This document shows, one piece after another, positions 49,331-60,064 of a stretch of 64,000 bases of DNA. The position numbers and the translations under genes are program-made. The notes under the pieces are model-generated. The model worked only from the letters and a program-made list of their open reading frames with translations, ran no database searches and had not been told where the DNA came from. Position 1 is the stretch's first letter. Each line of letters starts with the position of its first letter. The stretch comes from an uncultured bacterium (GTDB lineage: Bacteria; Acidobacteriota; HRBIN11; JAKEFK01), in NCBI GenBank assembly GCA_963777505.1, contig CAVZQN010000003.1, positions 608,001 through 672,000 of the forward strand, read 5' to 3'.

Positions 49331-49408
49331 GTTGAGGATAGAGGATAGAGGATCGAGAATAGCGAGCATCGAGCTTCTATCTTCCATCCTCAATTCTCTA
49401 TCCTCAAC
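49331..49408. repeat. Inverted 7-bp repeat array (GAGGATA)n
   Basis: GTTGAGGATAGAG...CTCTATCCTCAAC. Same family as 42387-42496. Confidence 0.85.
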
Positions 49409-49444
49409 TATTGCGCCAAGCACGCATAAGTTATCATTTAAAAC

Positions 49445-52060
49445 ATGAAAGTGATTGCGACGCACTTAAACGCTGACTTTGACGGGTTCGCTGCGATGAT
49501 CGGACTTTTGAAGATTTATCCCGACGCAGTACTTGTATTCCCTGGCTCCAAGGAACCTGGGCTGCGACATTTTCTGCGAGACACCGGGATGGAAATTCCA
49601 GAAGTACCTTTGAAAGAAGTGAAAAATGTCAGCGATCTCTTTCTTGTAGATGCTTCGCGCGAAGATCGTATCGGAGAACTTTCAGAAATATTGAAGCAGA
49701 ATCCACGGCCAAGAGTTGAAGTCTACGATCATCATCCTGACGATCAAGCAACGATTTCAGCCGATGTTTTTCACACAGCATGCGTTGGAGCGACTACAAC
49801 AATTGTGGTGCATGAGCTAATGCAAAAGAAAACGGACGAGATTGAACCACTCAGCACCTTTGAAGCAAGCATTTTGCTTGCCGGGATTTATGAAGATACT
49901 GCAAATTTTCTATCAACCGGAACAACACCAGAGGACTTCACCGCAGCATTATGGCTTGTAAAACAAGGTGCAGAAATTCCGATCGTGAATCGTTTGCTAA
50001 CACATCGATTGCAGCCTGGACAGGTCGATTTTTTTAACGCTCTTGTTGCGCATTGCGAAACAATACATATCGAAGGAACAAACGTCATCATCAGTATGTT
50101 TTCCTGGCCGGAATTTGTGCCGGAAGCTGCATATCTTATTCACCGATTAATGGATCTCGAACCAATCGATGTATTTTTTGCGTTGATTTTGATGGATAAG
50201 CGTGTTCATTTAATCGCGAGAAGTCAGTTGCCGGATGTGGATGTTGGACGCATTGCTGCGGCATTTGGAGGCGGCGGTCACAAAATGGCAGCCTCTGCGG
50301 TGTTAAAAGGGATGACCGTGATTGAAGCGCGTGAAAAATTGTTGATTGCACTCACGCAGAATTTAATGCGACGCGAACGCGCGAGCGATTTAATGAAGAA
50401 AAACATTATTTCAGTAGACTCCAATAAATTTATTTCTGATGCGGCTCACCTCATGAATACGTTTCGGGTGAATGCGTTAGCGGTCCGGGAACGTGAGGAT
50501 GTTATTGGAACGATTTCGCGACAGATTGTGGATGGTGCTGTTTTTCACGGGCTTCAGGATCGTTCGGTTCGTGAGTTTATGGTAACTGAAATTCCGCTTG
50601 TTGCTCCTGATACTTCAGTCGCCAAGATTTTCGAATCTATGATCTCTGGACGTACGAGGTTCGTTCTGGTAGGCAATGACCCGGCTCATGTTGAAGGAAT
50701 TATTACTCGAATGGATTTATTGCGACATCATTATGAACTCAGTCCTGCGCGGCTTGCGATGCGCAAAGGACGTCAATCAGAAAATCTTGCGCCGATGCTA
50801 AGGAAGCGTTTACCACAGCGGATTCTAGAAATGCTTGAAAACTGTGGTCAGGTTGCAGAAAAAAATGGCATGAAAGCGTTTTTGGTTGGAGGAATGATCC
50901 GCGATTTGCTGCTTCATCGCGACAACATGGATCTGGATGTTGTGATTGAGGGAGACGGTATAAAGTTCGCGGAAGCTTTTGCAGAGCATTTTGGATGTCA
51001 AATAGCCGCGCATCGAAGATTTGGAACTGCGCGTCTGATTTTTCCTGATCGATTCAAAATCGACGTAGCAACTGCTCGCACAGAATCGTATCATGCACCG
51101 GCCGCGCTCCCGCAAGTGCATGGCGGCATTTTGCGGCAGGATCTTTACCGCCGCGATTTCACAATCAATACTCTTGCAATCGATCTTTCGTCAGAAAATT
51201 TTGGAACACTCATTGATTATTTCGGCGGTTGGGACGATTTGCATCAAGGCGTCATTCGGATCCTGCACAGTTTGAGCTTCATTGATGATCCAACGCGGAC
51301 ACTGCGTGCGATCCGATTTGCTACGCGCTTTAATTTTACAATCAGCCAGGATACAGAACGTTTGATGCGAAGCGCAGTCGATAGCCGTGTGCTTGAAAGG
51401 CTTAGCGGAAAACGCTTGTGGGCTGAGCTTAGAAATTTGCTGCAAGAAGAGCATCCGATTGCATCAATCCGGATGATGCAACAATACAAACTGCTATCTG
51501 CAATTCATCCATCTGTAAATCTCGATTCATTCCTTTTGGATTTGTTGTACCGCGTTGAAAGCGTTCTTTCATGGTTCAAGTTGAATTTTCCTTCCGAAAA
51601 AGTACCTCAATGGTCAATTTATCTAATGGCACTTTTAGAAAAACTCAACAGAATGGAGCGCCTTGAGGTCGCAAAACGTTTTCAACTGTTAGCTCGAATT
51701 CAGGAAATGCTGAGGTTTTACAAAATCAATACACGCGACACTTTAGCAAGATTGAAAACAGCAATGAATTCGAGTGCACTCTATTTTTCATTGCGAGAAT
51801 ATCCATTGGAAGTGCTTTTATATGCAATGGCGCGAATCGAAGAACAAGAATATACACAGCTTATTGCGACTTACATTCGCGATCTACGCGGAATCAAACT
51901 CGAAATCAACGGCGATGATGTCGTAAAGCTCGGCATGAAGCAAGGTCCAGAAGTCCGCGAACTTCTCGATGATGTTCTCAAAGCCCGCCTGGATGGCAGA
52001 GCACCAACCCGTGAGGAACAATTGAAGCTTGCATCAGCCATCTCTGCATCTTTGCGGTAA
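49445..52060 (+). CDS. DHH-DHHA1-CBS tRNA nucleotidyltransferase (CCA/A-adding)
   Basis: H.NADFD, DHH, GGGGH, CBS pair, VGG..RD, DLD, DLYRRDFTIN, DDPTR..RA.RF. Confidence 0.93.
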   Translation: MKVIATHLNADFDGFAAMIGLLKIYPDAVLVFPGSKEPGLRHFLRDTGMEIPEVPLKEVKNVSDLFLVDASREDRIGELSEILKQNPRPRVEVYDHHPDDQATISADVFHTACVGATTTIVVHELMQKKTDEIEPLSTFEASILLAGIYEDTANFLSTGTTPEDFTAALWLVKQGAEIPIVNRLLTHRLQPGQVDFFNALVAHCETIHIEGTNVIISMFSWPEFVPEAAYLIHRLMDLEPIDVFFALILMDKRVHLIARSQLPDVDVGRIAAAFGGGGHKMAASAVLKGMTVIEAREKLLIALTQNLMRRERASDLMKKNIISVDSNKFISDAAHLMNTFRVNALAVREREDVIGTISRQIVDGAVFHGLQDRSVREFMVTEIPLVAPDTSVAKIFESMISGRTRFVLVGNDPAHVEGIITRMDLLRHHYELSPARLAMRKGRQSENLAPMLRKRLPQRILEMLENCGQVAEKNGMKAFLVGGMIRDLLLHRDNMDLDVVIEGDGIKFAEAFAEHFGCQIAAHRRFGTARLIFPDRFKIDVATARTESYHAPAALPQVHGGILRQDLYRRDFTINTLAIDLSSENFGTLIDYFGGWDDLHQGVIRILHSLSFIDDPTRTLRAIRFATRFNFTISQDTERLMRSAVDSRVLERLSGKRLWAELRNLLQEEHPIASIRMMQQYKLLSAIHPSVNLDSFLLDLLYRVESVLSWFKLNFPSEKVPQWSIYLMALLEKLNRMERLEVAKRFQLLARIQEMLRFYKINTRDTLARLKTAMNSSALYFSLREYPLEVLLYAMARIEEQEYTQLIATYIRDLRGIKLEINGDDVVKLGMKQGPEVRELLDDVLKARLDGRAPTREEQLKLASAISASLR

Positions 52061-52063
52061 ATC

Positions 52064-52639
52064 ATGAAATTTTTTAAGTCACAGGCAGATTTTCGCAAAT
52101 GGTTAGAAAAAAACCACGATAAAGTTTCGGAATTACAGGTTGCTTATTACAAAAAAGATACAGGGAAGAAGAGCATTACTTACCCTGAATCATTGGATGA
52201 AGCTCTTTGTTTTGGCTGGATTGACGGAATACGCAAAAGGATTGATGAGGAAAGTTATACGATCCGTTTTACTCCAAGAAAACTAAAAAGCACATGGAGC
52301 AAAGTCAATATCAACCGGATCAACGAACTGCAAGAACTCGGCCTTGTTACAAAACAAGGTTTAAGATGCTTTGAGGATCGAGATCAAGATCGATCCGGTT
52401 ATTCCTTGAAGGAAAGACCAACAGAGATTCCACCAAAATATGAAAAGAGATTTAAAGCCAATAAGAAGGCATGGGAGTTCTTTCAAGCTCAAGCACCATG
52501 GTATCGTCGGAATGTAATGTGGTGGGTAACCTCTGCCAAACAAGAAGAGACGCGTGAAAAACGATTTGCCCAGCTTATTCAAGATTGTTCAAACGAAGTC
52601 AGAATTGGCTTGATGGCTCCTGATTCAAAGAAGAAATAA
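52064..52639 (+). CDS. YdeI/OmpD-associated family protein
   Basis: F..WL..NH, EALCFGWIDG, RFTPRK..S.WS..N, SAK.EETR..R. Confidence 0.92.
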   Translation: MKFFKSQADFRKWLEKNHDKVSELQVAYYKKDTGKKSITYPESLDEALCFGWIDGIRKRIDEESYTIRFTPRKLKSTWSKVNINRINELQELGLVTKQGLRCFEDRDQDRSGYSLKERPTEIPPKYEKRFKANKKAWEFFQAQAPWYRRNVMWWVTSAKQEETREKRFAQLIQDCSNEVRIGLMAPDSKKK

Positions 52640-52672
52640 CATGCAACTGTCCCTCAATACCCACTCGACAAA

Positions 52673-52701
52673 TTGACAGAAATGTCCCATTATGGTAGCG
52701 T
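52673..52701 (+). promoter_or_regulatory. Putative sigma70 promoter of metK-ahcY
   Basis: TTGACA-17-TAGCGT with TG extension. Confidence 0.5.
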
Positions 52702-52789
52702 AACAGCGCGTTTTTTAACTGCGTTTTTCTGAATTTGAGAAGCTCAAAAGCCCCTCACTTCAAATTATTTTCCCGGAGGATTCTAGAAA

Positions 52790-53962
52790 ATGGCTTACCG
52801 AAGACTGTTTAGTTCAGAGTCGGTTACTGAAGGTCATCCTGACAAAATTGCCGACCAAATTTCCGATGCAATTCTTGATTCTGTTATGGAACAAGACCCT
52901 AAAGGTCGTGTCGCCTGCGAAACGCTCGTTACGACGGGCTGTGCAGTGATTGCCGGGGAAATTACTACCGATTGTTATGTTGATTTTACGAAAATTGTCC
53001 GCGATACGATCCGCGATGTCGGTTATACGCGCGCTAAATTTGGATTTGATTGTGATACCTGTGCAGTCATTTCAACTGTTCAGGGACAATCACCTGACAT
53101 TGCAATGGGCGTTGATACCGGTGGTGCGGGCGATCAAGGAATGATGTTTGGCTATAGCTGCCGTGAAACTCCTGAATTGATGCCGATGCCGATCATGATG
53201 GCTCATAAGCTTGTGCGCAAAGTTTCTGAATTGCGCCGCTCAGGTGTTCTTGAGTGGGCGAGACCTGATGGCAAATCCCAGGTCACTGTTGAATATGAAA
53301 ACGATAAGCCGGTTCGCATCGATGCAATCGTACTATCAATTCAACACAGCACCACAGTTGAACAGGCAAAGATCACTGCAGATTTAAAAGAACACGTAAT
53401 TGCTTCAGTAGTTCCAGCCGAATTTATCGATTCCAATACAAAGTACTTTATTAATCCAACCGGCCGTTTTGAAATTGGTGGGCCGCACGGAGATACAGGC
53501 TTAACCGGCCGTAAAATAATTGTTGATACATATGGTGGAATGGCTGCTCATGGTGGCGGTGCATTTTCCGGAAAAGATCCCACGAAAGTAGATCGTTCTG
53601 CGTGTTACATGGCAAGATACATCGCGAAGAATCTGGTAGCTGCCGGACTTTGCGATAAAGTTCAAATTCAACTTGCTTATGCAATTGGTGTCGCCGAACC
53701 CGTAAGTGTACTCGTTGACACTTTCGGAACAGCAACAATTGATGAAAAAAAGCTCAGCGATCTTGTGCGTGATCATTTTAGTTTGACTCCAAAAGGTATT
53801 ATTGAAGCTCTGCAGTTGCGACGCCCGATCTACAAAAAGACCGCTGCATTTGGACACTTTGGCAGAACTGAAGATACTTTTTCATGGGAAAAAACAGATA
53901 AAGCAGATGCTCTGCGCAATGCTGTCAATCATCTTCACGTGGCCACAGCAAATACAAAATAG
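52790..53962 (+). CDS. metK: S-adenosylmethionine synthetase
   Basis: [33 protein letters not shown]. Confidence 0.98.
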   Translation: MAYRRLFSSESVTEGHPDKIADQISDAILDSVMEQDPKGRVACETLVTTGCAVIAGEITTDCYVDFTKIVRDTIRDVGYTRAKFGFDCDTCAVISTVQGQSPDIAMGVDTGGAGDQGMMFGYSCRETPELMPMPIMMAHKLVRKVSELRRSGVLEWARPDGKSQVTVEYENDKPVRIDAIVLSIQHSTTVEQAKITADLKEHVIASVVPAEFIDSNTKYFINPTGRFEIGGPHGDTGLTGRKIIVDTYGGMAAHGGGAFSGKDPTKVDRSACYMARYIAKNLVAAGLCDKVQIQLAYAIGVAEPVSVLVDTFGTATIDEKKLSDLVRDHFSLTPKGIIEALQLRRPIYKKTAAFGHFGRTEDTFSWEKTDKADALRNAVNHLHVATANTK

Positions 53963-54003
53963 CCTTTGGGCTCTGCGGTAAATTTCGAACAAGGAAAAAA
54001 TCA

Positions 54004-55257
54004 ATGGAATATGACGTTAAAGATCTAGGACTGTCTGATAAAGGTGAATTACGTATTGAATGGGCAAGACAAAATATGCCCGTCCTGATGGCAATTAAAA
54101 AGCGATTTGAAAAGGAAAAACCGCTGGAAGGACTTCGTATTGCCGCTTGCCTTCATGTAACCACTGAAACTGCAAACCTGATGATTGTTCTTAAAGCTGG
54201 CGGTGCAGATATTCGATTATGTGCTTCAAACCCGCTATCAACTCAAGACGATGCCGCATCAGCACTTGTGAAGAATCATGGTATCGGGACATTCGCAATT
54301 AAAGGTGAAGACAACGACACATATTATCAGCATATTCTTCAATGCCTTTCTCATAAACCTCATTTCACCATGGATGATGGTGCCGACCTTGTGAGCGTTC
54401 TTCATACGAAGAAAACGGATTTATTGAAAGATGTTTTCGGCGGCACCGAAGAAACGACTACAGGAATTATCCGGTTGCGCAGCATGTCAGCAGAAGGCGT
54501 CCTGAAATATCCGATCATTGCTGTGAACGATGCGAATACGAAACACATGTTTGATAATCGTTACGGAACTGGGCAAAGCACAATTGATGGAATCATACGA
54601 TCCACAAATGTACTGATTGCCGGACAACGTGTGGTTGTTGCCGGTTACGGCTGGTGCGGCAAAGGTGTTGCGCAAAGAGCAAAAGGTCTTGGCGCACATG
54701 TCATTGTTACTGAGATCGATCCTTTGAAGGCATTGGAAGCCGTTATGGATGGCTTTGAAGTCATGACCATGAATGAAGCCGCCAAGATTGGAAATATTTT
54801 TGTTACTGTTACTGGAAATAAGAGCGTTCTTGCAAAACATCATTTTGAAGCCATGAAAAATGGTGCCATTGTTTGTAACTCAGGCCACTTCAATGTTGAA
54901 ATCGATATACCAGCATTGGAAGGGATGGCTCAATCGCATCGGACAATTCGGGATTTTGTTGAAGAATACGTGGTTGGTGATCGCAAAATCTATCTGCTTG
55001 CTGAAGGACGTTTAGTGAATCTTTCTGCAGCAGAAGGACATCCCGCGATGGTTATGGATATGAGCTTTGCGAATCAGGCGTTATCTGCAGAATATTTGCG
55101 TCAGAATGCAAAGACATTGCAGAAGCAAGTCTATGTTGTGCCGGAAAAAATCGACCGTGAGATCGCTCGATTGAAACTTGAAACAATGGAAGTTGATATC
55201 GATCGTCTTACAAGCGAACAGGAAAAGTATTTGGCTTCCTGGCAAGAAGGCACGTAA
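54004..55257 (+). CDS. ahcY: Adenosylhomocysteinase
   Basis: [49 protein letters not shown]. Confidence 0.98.
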   Translation: MEYDVKDLGLSDKGELRIEWARQNMPVLMAIKKRFEKEKPLEGLRIAACLHVTTETANLMIVLKAGGADIRLCASNPLSTQDDAASALVKNHGIGTFAIKGEDNDTYYQHILQCLSHKPHFTMDDGADLVSVLHTKKTDLLKDVFGGTEETTTGIIRLRSMSAEGVLKYPIIAVNDANTKHMFDNRYGTGQSTIDGIIRSTNVLIAGQRVVVAGYGWCGKGVAQRAKGLGAHVIVTEIDPLKALEAVMDGFEVMTMNEAAKIGNIFVTVTGNKSVLAKHHFEAMKNGAIVCNSGHFNVEIDIPALEGMAQSHRTIRDFVEEYVVGDRKIYLLAEGRLVNLSAAEGHPAMVMDMSFANQALSAEYLRQNAKTLQKQVYVVPEKIDREIARLKLETMEVDIDRLTSEQEKYLASWQEGT

Positions 55258-55266
55258 GAATTTATT

Positions 55267-55336
55267 GTAGGGGCGGGTCTAAGACCCGCCCGCTTCGCCC
55301 GCAACTCATTCGGGCGGGTCTTAGACCCGCCCCTAC
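55267..55336. repeat. GTAG-type REP doublet between convergent ahcY and lptFG
   Basis: GTAGGGGCGGGTCTAAGACCCGCCC / GGGCGGGTCTTAGACCCGCCCCTAC. Same family as 5348-5420. Confidence 0.92.
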
Positions 55337-57633
55337 TAGGTCCTTAGCTTAAACAAAAGATACAACGCCAGAAGTGTCGCTATGATATTGGGCGTCCAGG
55401 CGGCAAGAAACGGATTCAGGATTTCCAGATATCCCAGTGATTTTGTAAGTGCGAGAAAGAACCAGAACACAATTCCCATGACAATACTTAACCCGATTCC
55501 AAACAAAGCTCCGCGTTTTCCAGTGGTAAATGAAAACGGAATCGCAATCAAAGTCAGGATCAGGGAAACGGTTGGGAATGACAGTTTTGCCTGAAGATCG
55601 ACAGCAAAGCGTACGAAATCAAAACCCCGTTCCTTTATTTTTTCAACATAATTCTTGAGTTCTGCAAAAGTCATCTCCGATGGCATCTCCTGTTCCGTAC
55701 GGAAATATTCCGGAGTGACGGGAAGTTTTACAGGCTCAATTCGAAAAGTGTCATATCGAACGCGATTGCGCTGAAAACTACGTTCCCATCCTTGTTTCAA
55801 GAACCACTGGTTGTCACGAAAAGATGCTTCTCTGGCATAAATCCTCTTTTTCAATGTGAAGGTTTCTTGATCGAGTTGATAAACGGAGAACCCATACATC
55901 GTATTGGTCCGCGTATCGAAGACGTCATAGTTATAAAATCCGTCGGTTCCGCTTAACCAATGGCGCTCAAAAGAAGAAAACATTTGAGCTGGTTCGCCGC
56001 GAATTTGTGCGCGATAGTTGTTTGCAATCTTGTTTGTAACTGGAAGAATGTAATCTTGGAGCCAGTAAGCAATCATGCAGAAAAAAATTGCAACCACAGT
56101 AACGGGAAGAGCGATTCGATAAAGGCTGATCCCGCTTGATCTCATTGCAATGACTTCACTATTTCTTGTCAACATTCCAAAGGTAACAAGTGTCGTAGTC
56201 ATTGCACTCACTGGAAGTACCCAGAAAATCCATTGCGGAAAATTGAATTTCAAGTATTGAAGCAAGATACTTACGCTTACTTTATTTTTGAACAGATCAT
56301 CCACAAGTTGAGTTGCTACTATCAGTTCAGCAATCAAAACAAGGGCGATGATTGTTAAAGCAAAAACTTTGAGAAATTCCGTTACGATGTACTTATCAAG
56401 CAATGTAAAGATCCGGAATGGAAATTTCCTGATGCGGATTACAACACGGATCCGCCGTTTTTGTTCTGCTTGTTCTTTCGCTGCAGTTCTTTTTCTTCTG
56501 GCGCTTGAAATCAATGCTAAAAGTGCATTGCTTAATGCGCCGCTGCTAGATTGAAGAAATAAAAAAATCCCGAGTGCTCCCAGGGCAATGTTTCCGGCCC
56601 AGGCAGCAAGCCAGGCAGGAATTGTGCCTGCATCGCCAAAGCGTTCACCACCGATTAAGAAAATGTAATAGACGAGAATGATTCCAATACTAATTGCATA
56701 CGCCGAGGATCTTCCTCCTCGACGCGAACTTACTCCCAGTGCAATTGCAAGAAAACCAAACACAATACAAGCGAATGGGATTGCATATTTTTTGTGAACT
56801 TCAACTTCCAGATAAGCAGTAGGAAGGCGGCGTTCTTTGTTGTGTGCAATCGATTTTTTCAACTCTCCGACGGTTTGATCACGATCACTTTTAGGAAGGT
56901 CATCTGTAAATTGTCCTGGAATTGGAATCGGGAAAATATTTTGTAAGAAGTAAACTGAAGTATAGTCTTGAGGCTTTCTCGGGTTTACCTCGTGCCAGCT
57001 TCCATTTCTTAATTCAAGTTCGAGTTCATTTTTATCCTTGCGTGTTTGTACGGTTCCTTCACGAGCAAGAATTAAGCGCGGTTTTTCGGGTGTACTTTCA
57101 TCATAAATAAAAATTCCTTTCCACTGATTTCCTACCTGGCTCGGGATATCTTGAACATAAATTACTTTCCCTGGAAAATTATTGTGAAAAACACGCGGCT
57201 TCATTTCGCTGGTCGCATTTGTCGTAACAATCTTGTACATGAAACGCGCAAACGAATAATTTCCCCAGGGAACTGCAACCTGAATCAAATACAGGCAAAT
57301 CCCCCAGCTTAGAATCGAGACGACAAGAATCGGGACAGCAATACGATAAAGGCTGATTCCAGCAGCCCTCATGACAGTTAATTCACTGTCACTGCTAAGC
57401 CGTCCCAGCCCAAGCAAAATTCCGAGAAGGAGGGACATGGGAATTGTCAGTACCGTGAGGGCAGGGAGGCTATAGTAAATGATTAGAAAAATGTTGATAA
57501 ACTCAACGCCGCGAGTTATCAGAATTTCCGCAAGCAATAAGATTTGATTCATCAGCATTACGAAAGTAAAAACCATCAAGCCGATGAATACGTTAGGAAT
57601 GATTTCTTTTACGATATAGCGATCAAGAATCAT
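55336..57633 (-). CDS. Fused LptF-LptG LPS export permease
   Basis: Two tandem YjgP/YjgQ units: ILDRYI..LSSDSE...MRAAGIS and LLDKYI..LTRNSE..AMRSSGIS. Confidence 0.93.
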   Translation of the reverse strand: MILDRYIVKEIIPNVFIGLMVFTFVMLMNQILLLAEILITRGVEFINIFLIIYYSLPALTVLTIPMSLLLGILLGLGRLSSDSELTVMRAAGISLYRIAVPILVVSILSWGICLYLIQVAVPWGNYSFARFMYKIVTTNATSEMKPRVFHNNFPGKVIYVQDIPSQVGNQWKGIFIYDESTPEKPRLILAREGTVQTRKDKNELELELRNGSWHEVNPRKPQDYTSVYFLQNIFPIPIPGQFTDDLPKSDRDQTVGELKKSIAHNKERRLPTAYLEVEVHKKYAIPFACIVFGFLAIALGVSSRRGGRSSAYAISIGIILVYYIFLIGGERFGDAGTIPAWLAAWAGNIALGALGIFLFLQSSSGALSNALLALISSARRKRTAAKEQAEQKRRIRVVIRIRKFPFRIFTLLDKYIVTEFLKVFALTIIALVLIAELIVATQLVDDLFKNKVSVSILLQYLKFNFPQWIFWVLPVSAMTTTLVTFGMLTRNSEVIAMRSSGISLYRIALPVTVVAIFFCMIAYWLQDYILPVTNKIANNYRAQIRGEPAQMFSSFERHWLSGTDGFYNYDVFDTRTNTMYGFSVYQLDQETFTLKKRIYAREASFRDNQWFLKQGWERSFQRNRVRYDTFRIEPVKLPVTPEYFRTEQEMPSEMTFAELKNYVEKIKERGFDFVRFAVDLQAKLSFPTVSLILTLIAIPFSFTTGKRGALFGIGLSIVMGIVFWFFLALTKSLGYLEILNPFLAAWTPNIIATLLALYLLFKLRT

Positions 57634-57637
57634 ACAA

Positions 57638-57757
57638 ATTCAACAATCCAATAATCCATTAACCCAATATGTAAGACTTTCAATATCCAATCTTAGTGGA
57701 ATATCGGAATAATGGAATAATGGATTGTTGGATTTATGGATTATTGGATAATGGATA
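57638..57757. repeat. Outward-facing inverted arrays of 8-bp repeats (TCCAATAA / TGGAWTAW)
   Basis: TTCAACAA TCCAATAA TCCATTAA ... TGGAATAA TGGATTGT TGGATTTA TGGATTAT. Confidence 0.8.
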
Positions 57758-57760
57758 ACT

Positions 57761-59950
57761 ATGCTGAAATTAGCAATCGTTTGGCACAATCATCAGCCAT
57801 ATTATAAGAACATCGCAGACGATTCTTATTTATTGCCCTGGGTCCGGCTGCACGCTATAAAAGATTACTGGGGTATGGTTCGCATTCTTAGAGACTTTCC
57901 CGCAATCAAACAGAATTTTAATCTGGTGCCTTCGCTTCTTGATCAACTCACTGACTATGCAGATGGCAAAGCGAATGAAGCGATGCTTGAACTTTCACAG
58001 GCTCCTGCTTCAAAACTTCGTGAAACCGATAAGAGTTATCTGCTGCGTTATTTCTTTTATACGAATCTGAACGTAATTGAACGCTTTCCACGATACCTTG
58101 AACTGTTGGAAAAACGAGGCATTCATGGAACCGGTGAAGATATGGAGAAAGCGCGTTCACGTTTCACCGTTCAAGATTATCTTGATCTTCAGGTATTGCA
58201 GAAATTGGCATGGATGGATGAGGAATATTTGAATAATGATCCGGATGTGTCAAGACTTGTAGATAAAGCTCGCAACTATGATGAACAGGATAAAGTTTTG
58301 CTTCGGCAAAAAGAGCTGGAGATTATCCAGAGAGTCATTCCAGAGTATCAGGAAGCGGTAAAAAGGGGACAGATCGAGGTTTCGGTTTCTGCATATTATC
58401 ATCCGATCTTGCCGTTACTTGTCAGTTCGCGTTCGGCTCGCGAATCGCAGCCGAATATTCAATTGCCCATGTCTGAATTTTCGCATCCTGAAGATGCGCG
58501 CGCTCAGATACAAAAAGCGATTGCATATCATCAAAAAATCTTTGGCGAAGATCCTGTCGGGTTTTGGCCGCCGGAAGGAAGCGTCAGTGAAACCATTCTT
58601 CCTTTGCTTGCTGAAGCAGGAATTCGCTGGATCGGCACGGACGAAGAAATTCTGCTTCACTCGATTGAAAAGGGTCCAGTTCCGGATAAAGCCCGGTGGT
58701 GTGCTGACAATCTGTATGCGCCTTACGTGCGTTCCATTGCAGACGGCGAAATTTCGATTGTATTCAGGGATCACGTTTTGTCCGATCTGATCGGATTTTC
58801 TTATTCACGTGTTTCGGCCGATGATGCAGCCAATGATTTCGTCAAACGTCTTCATGAACTTGATGCTAGAATGCAACGCCAACCTTCGGATCCACCCCCA
58901 TTGGTTTCAATCATTCTGGATGGTGAAAACGCGTGGGAATATTATCCGAATAATGGACGGGACTTCCTGAAATCTCTTTATAAGAAACTTTCGGAAGATC
59001 AGGAAATTCAAACTACAACGGTTCGAGATTACATTTCAGAATTTCGTGGACGTCCTTTAGAAAGGCTCTATGCAGGATCCTGGATTAATCACAACTTTGC
59101 AATTTGGATTGGACATCCTGAAGACAACAAAGGGTGGGAATTCTTGAAAGAAGCAAGAGATCAAGTTGAATATTCCATGGTGAATGAGCCTCATAAGGCA
59201 GCACAAATCGAAAAGGCTTATGAAGAAATCCTGATTGCAGAAGGAAGCGATTGGTTCTGGTGGTTTGGGGACGATCATTCATCAGAAAATGATCCGGAAT
59301 TCGATCGCCTTTTTCGACAACATATTACAAACGTTTACCATTTCCTTGATAAACCCAATCCTGAGCAACTTCTGATCCCTATAAAAGCTCCGCGTCCAGG
59401 CAAGCTGATTTATCGTGTGCCGAAAAGATTCGTAAACCCAAAACTCGATGGTATGGTCTCAAATTATTTTGAGTGGCTGACTGCGGGACATTACTACGTA
59501 GCAGATCAAATCGGTACGATGCATAGATCGGAAACCTTAATCAAACAGGTTCTGTTCGGCTTCGATCTTGATAATGCGTACTTGCGTGTTGATCCTCAAA
59601 GAAATACAGCTGAAGATCTGTTCAAAAAGGGTTTTCAATTCCAATTTCTCTTTCTCCCCGATTTTATTTTATCGATCGGCTATAGAGAAGATGGCAGCGT
59701 TGGCATCACCATGGAGCACGAACGGGATGATACCTGGTTGATCGTGGATCATCATTGTGAAGTTGGAATTGGTCAAATACTGGAAGTAAAAGTACCATTT
59801 GGGGATCTGAATGTATCATCAGGCAATTCAATCCGTTTTCGTGTGACGCTTTCAAGAAGCGCAATCGTTTTTGAAGAACACCCCCAATCCGGATCGATCC
59901 ATTTTAAAGTTCCCGGCCCCCATTTTGAGCTGATGAATTGGGAGGTTTGA
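57761..59950 (+). CDS. Glycoside hydrolase family 57 (amylopullulanase-like)
   Basis: WHNHQP, HPILPL, WPPEG (nucleophile), LDGENAW (acid/base), AEGSDWFWW. Confidence 0.94.
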   Translation: MLKLAIVWHNHQPYYKNIADDSYLLPWVRLHAIKDYWGMVRILRDFPAIKQNFNLVPSLLDQLTDYADGKANEAMLELSQAPASKLRETDKSYLLRYFFYTNLNVIERFPRYLELLEKRGIHGTGEDMEKARSRFTVQDYLDLQVLQKLAWMDEEYLNNDPDVSRLVDKARNYDEQDKVLLRQKELEIIQRVIPEYQEAVKRGQIEVSVSAYYHPILPLLVSSRSARESQPNIQLPMSEFSHPEDARAQIQKAIAYHQKIFGEDPVGFWPPEGSVSETILPLLAEAGIRWIGTDEEILLHSIEKGPVPDKARWCADNLYAPYVRSIADGEISIVFRDHVLSDLIGFSYSRVSADDAANDFVKRLHELDARMQRQPSDPPPLVSIILDGENAWEYYPNNGRDFLKSLYKKLSEDQEIQTTTVRDYISEFRGRPLERLYAGSWINHNFAIWIGHPEDNKGWEFLKEARDQVEYSMVNEPHKAAQIEKAYEEILIAEGSDWFWWFGDDHSSENDPEFDRLFRQHITNVYHFLDKPNPEQLLIPIKAPRPGKLIYRVPKRFVNPKLDGMVSNYFEWLTAGHYYVADQIGTMHRSETLIKQVLFGFDLDNAYLRVDPQRNTAEDLFKKGFQFQFLFLPDFILSIGYREDGSVGITMEHERDDTWLIVDHHCEVGIGQILEVKVPFGDLNVSSGNSIRFRVTLSRSAIVFEEHPQSGSIHFKVPGPHFELMNWEV

Positions 59951-59986
59951 GGCCTGAATTGCAGACCTTGATATCCTCGTAAAGCA

Positions 59987-60016
59987 TTGACAGATCAGGA
60001 ATTTTCGTGATATAAG
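59987..60016 (+). promoter_or_regulatory. Putative sigma70 promoter
   Basis: TTGACA-18-TATAAG with TG-n extension. Confidence 0.55.
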
Positions 60017-60064
60017 TGGAAAATTCCTCAGGCAAGAGAGATGGGGTAGGCAGGGGCTCGTTCG

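Noticed and set aside
52640-52789. SAM riboswitch upstream of metK
   Set aside because: No SAM-I core (ATC..GAG...GA.GG..GCCC) or other SAM aptamer recognisable, only a weak hairpin. An Rfam scan would settle it.
53963-54003. SAH riboswitch before ahcY
   Set aside because: The gap is only 41 bp and is occupied by the 9-mer element and the RBS.
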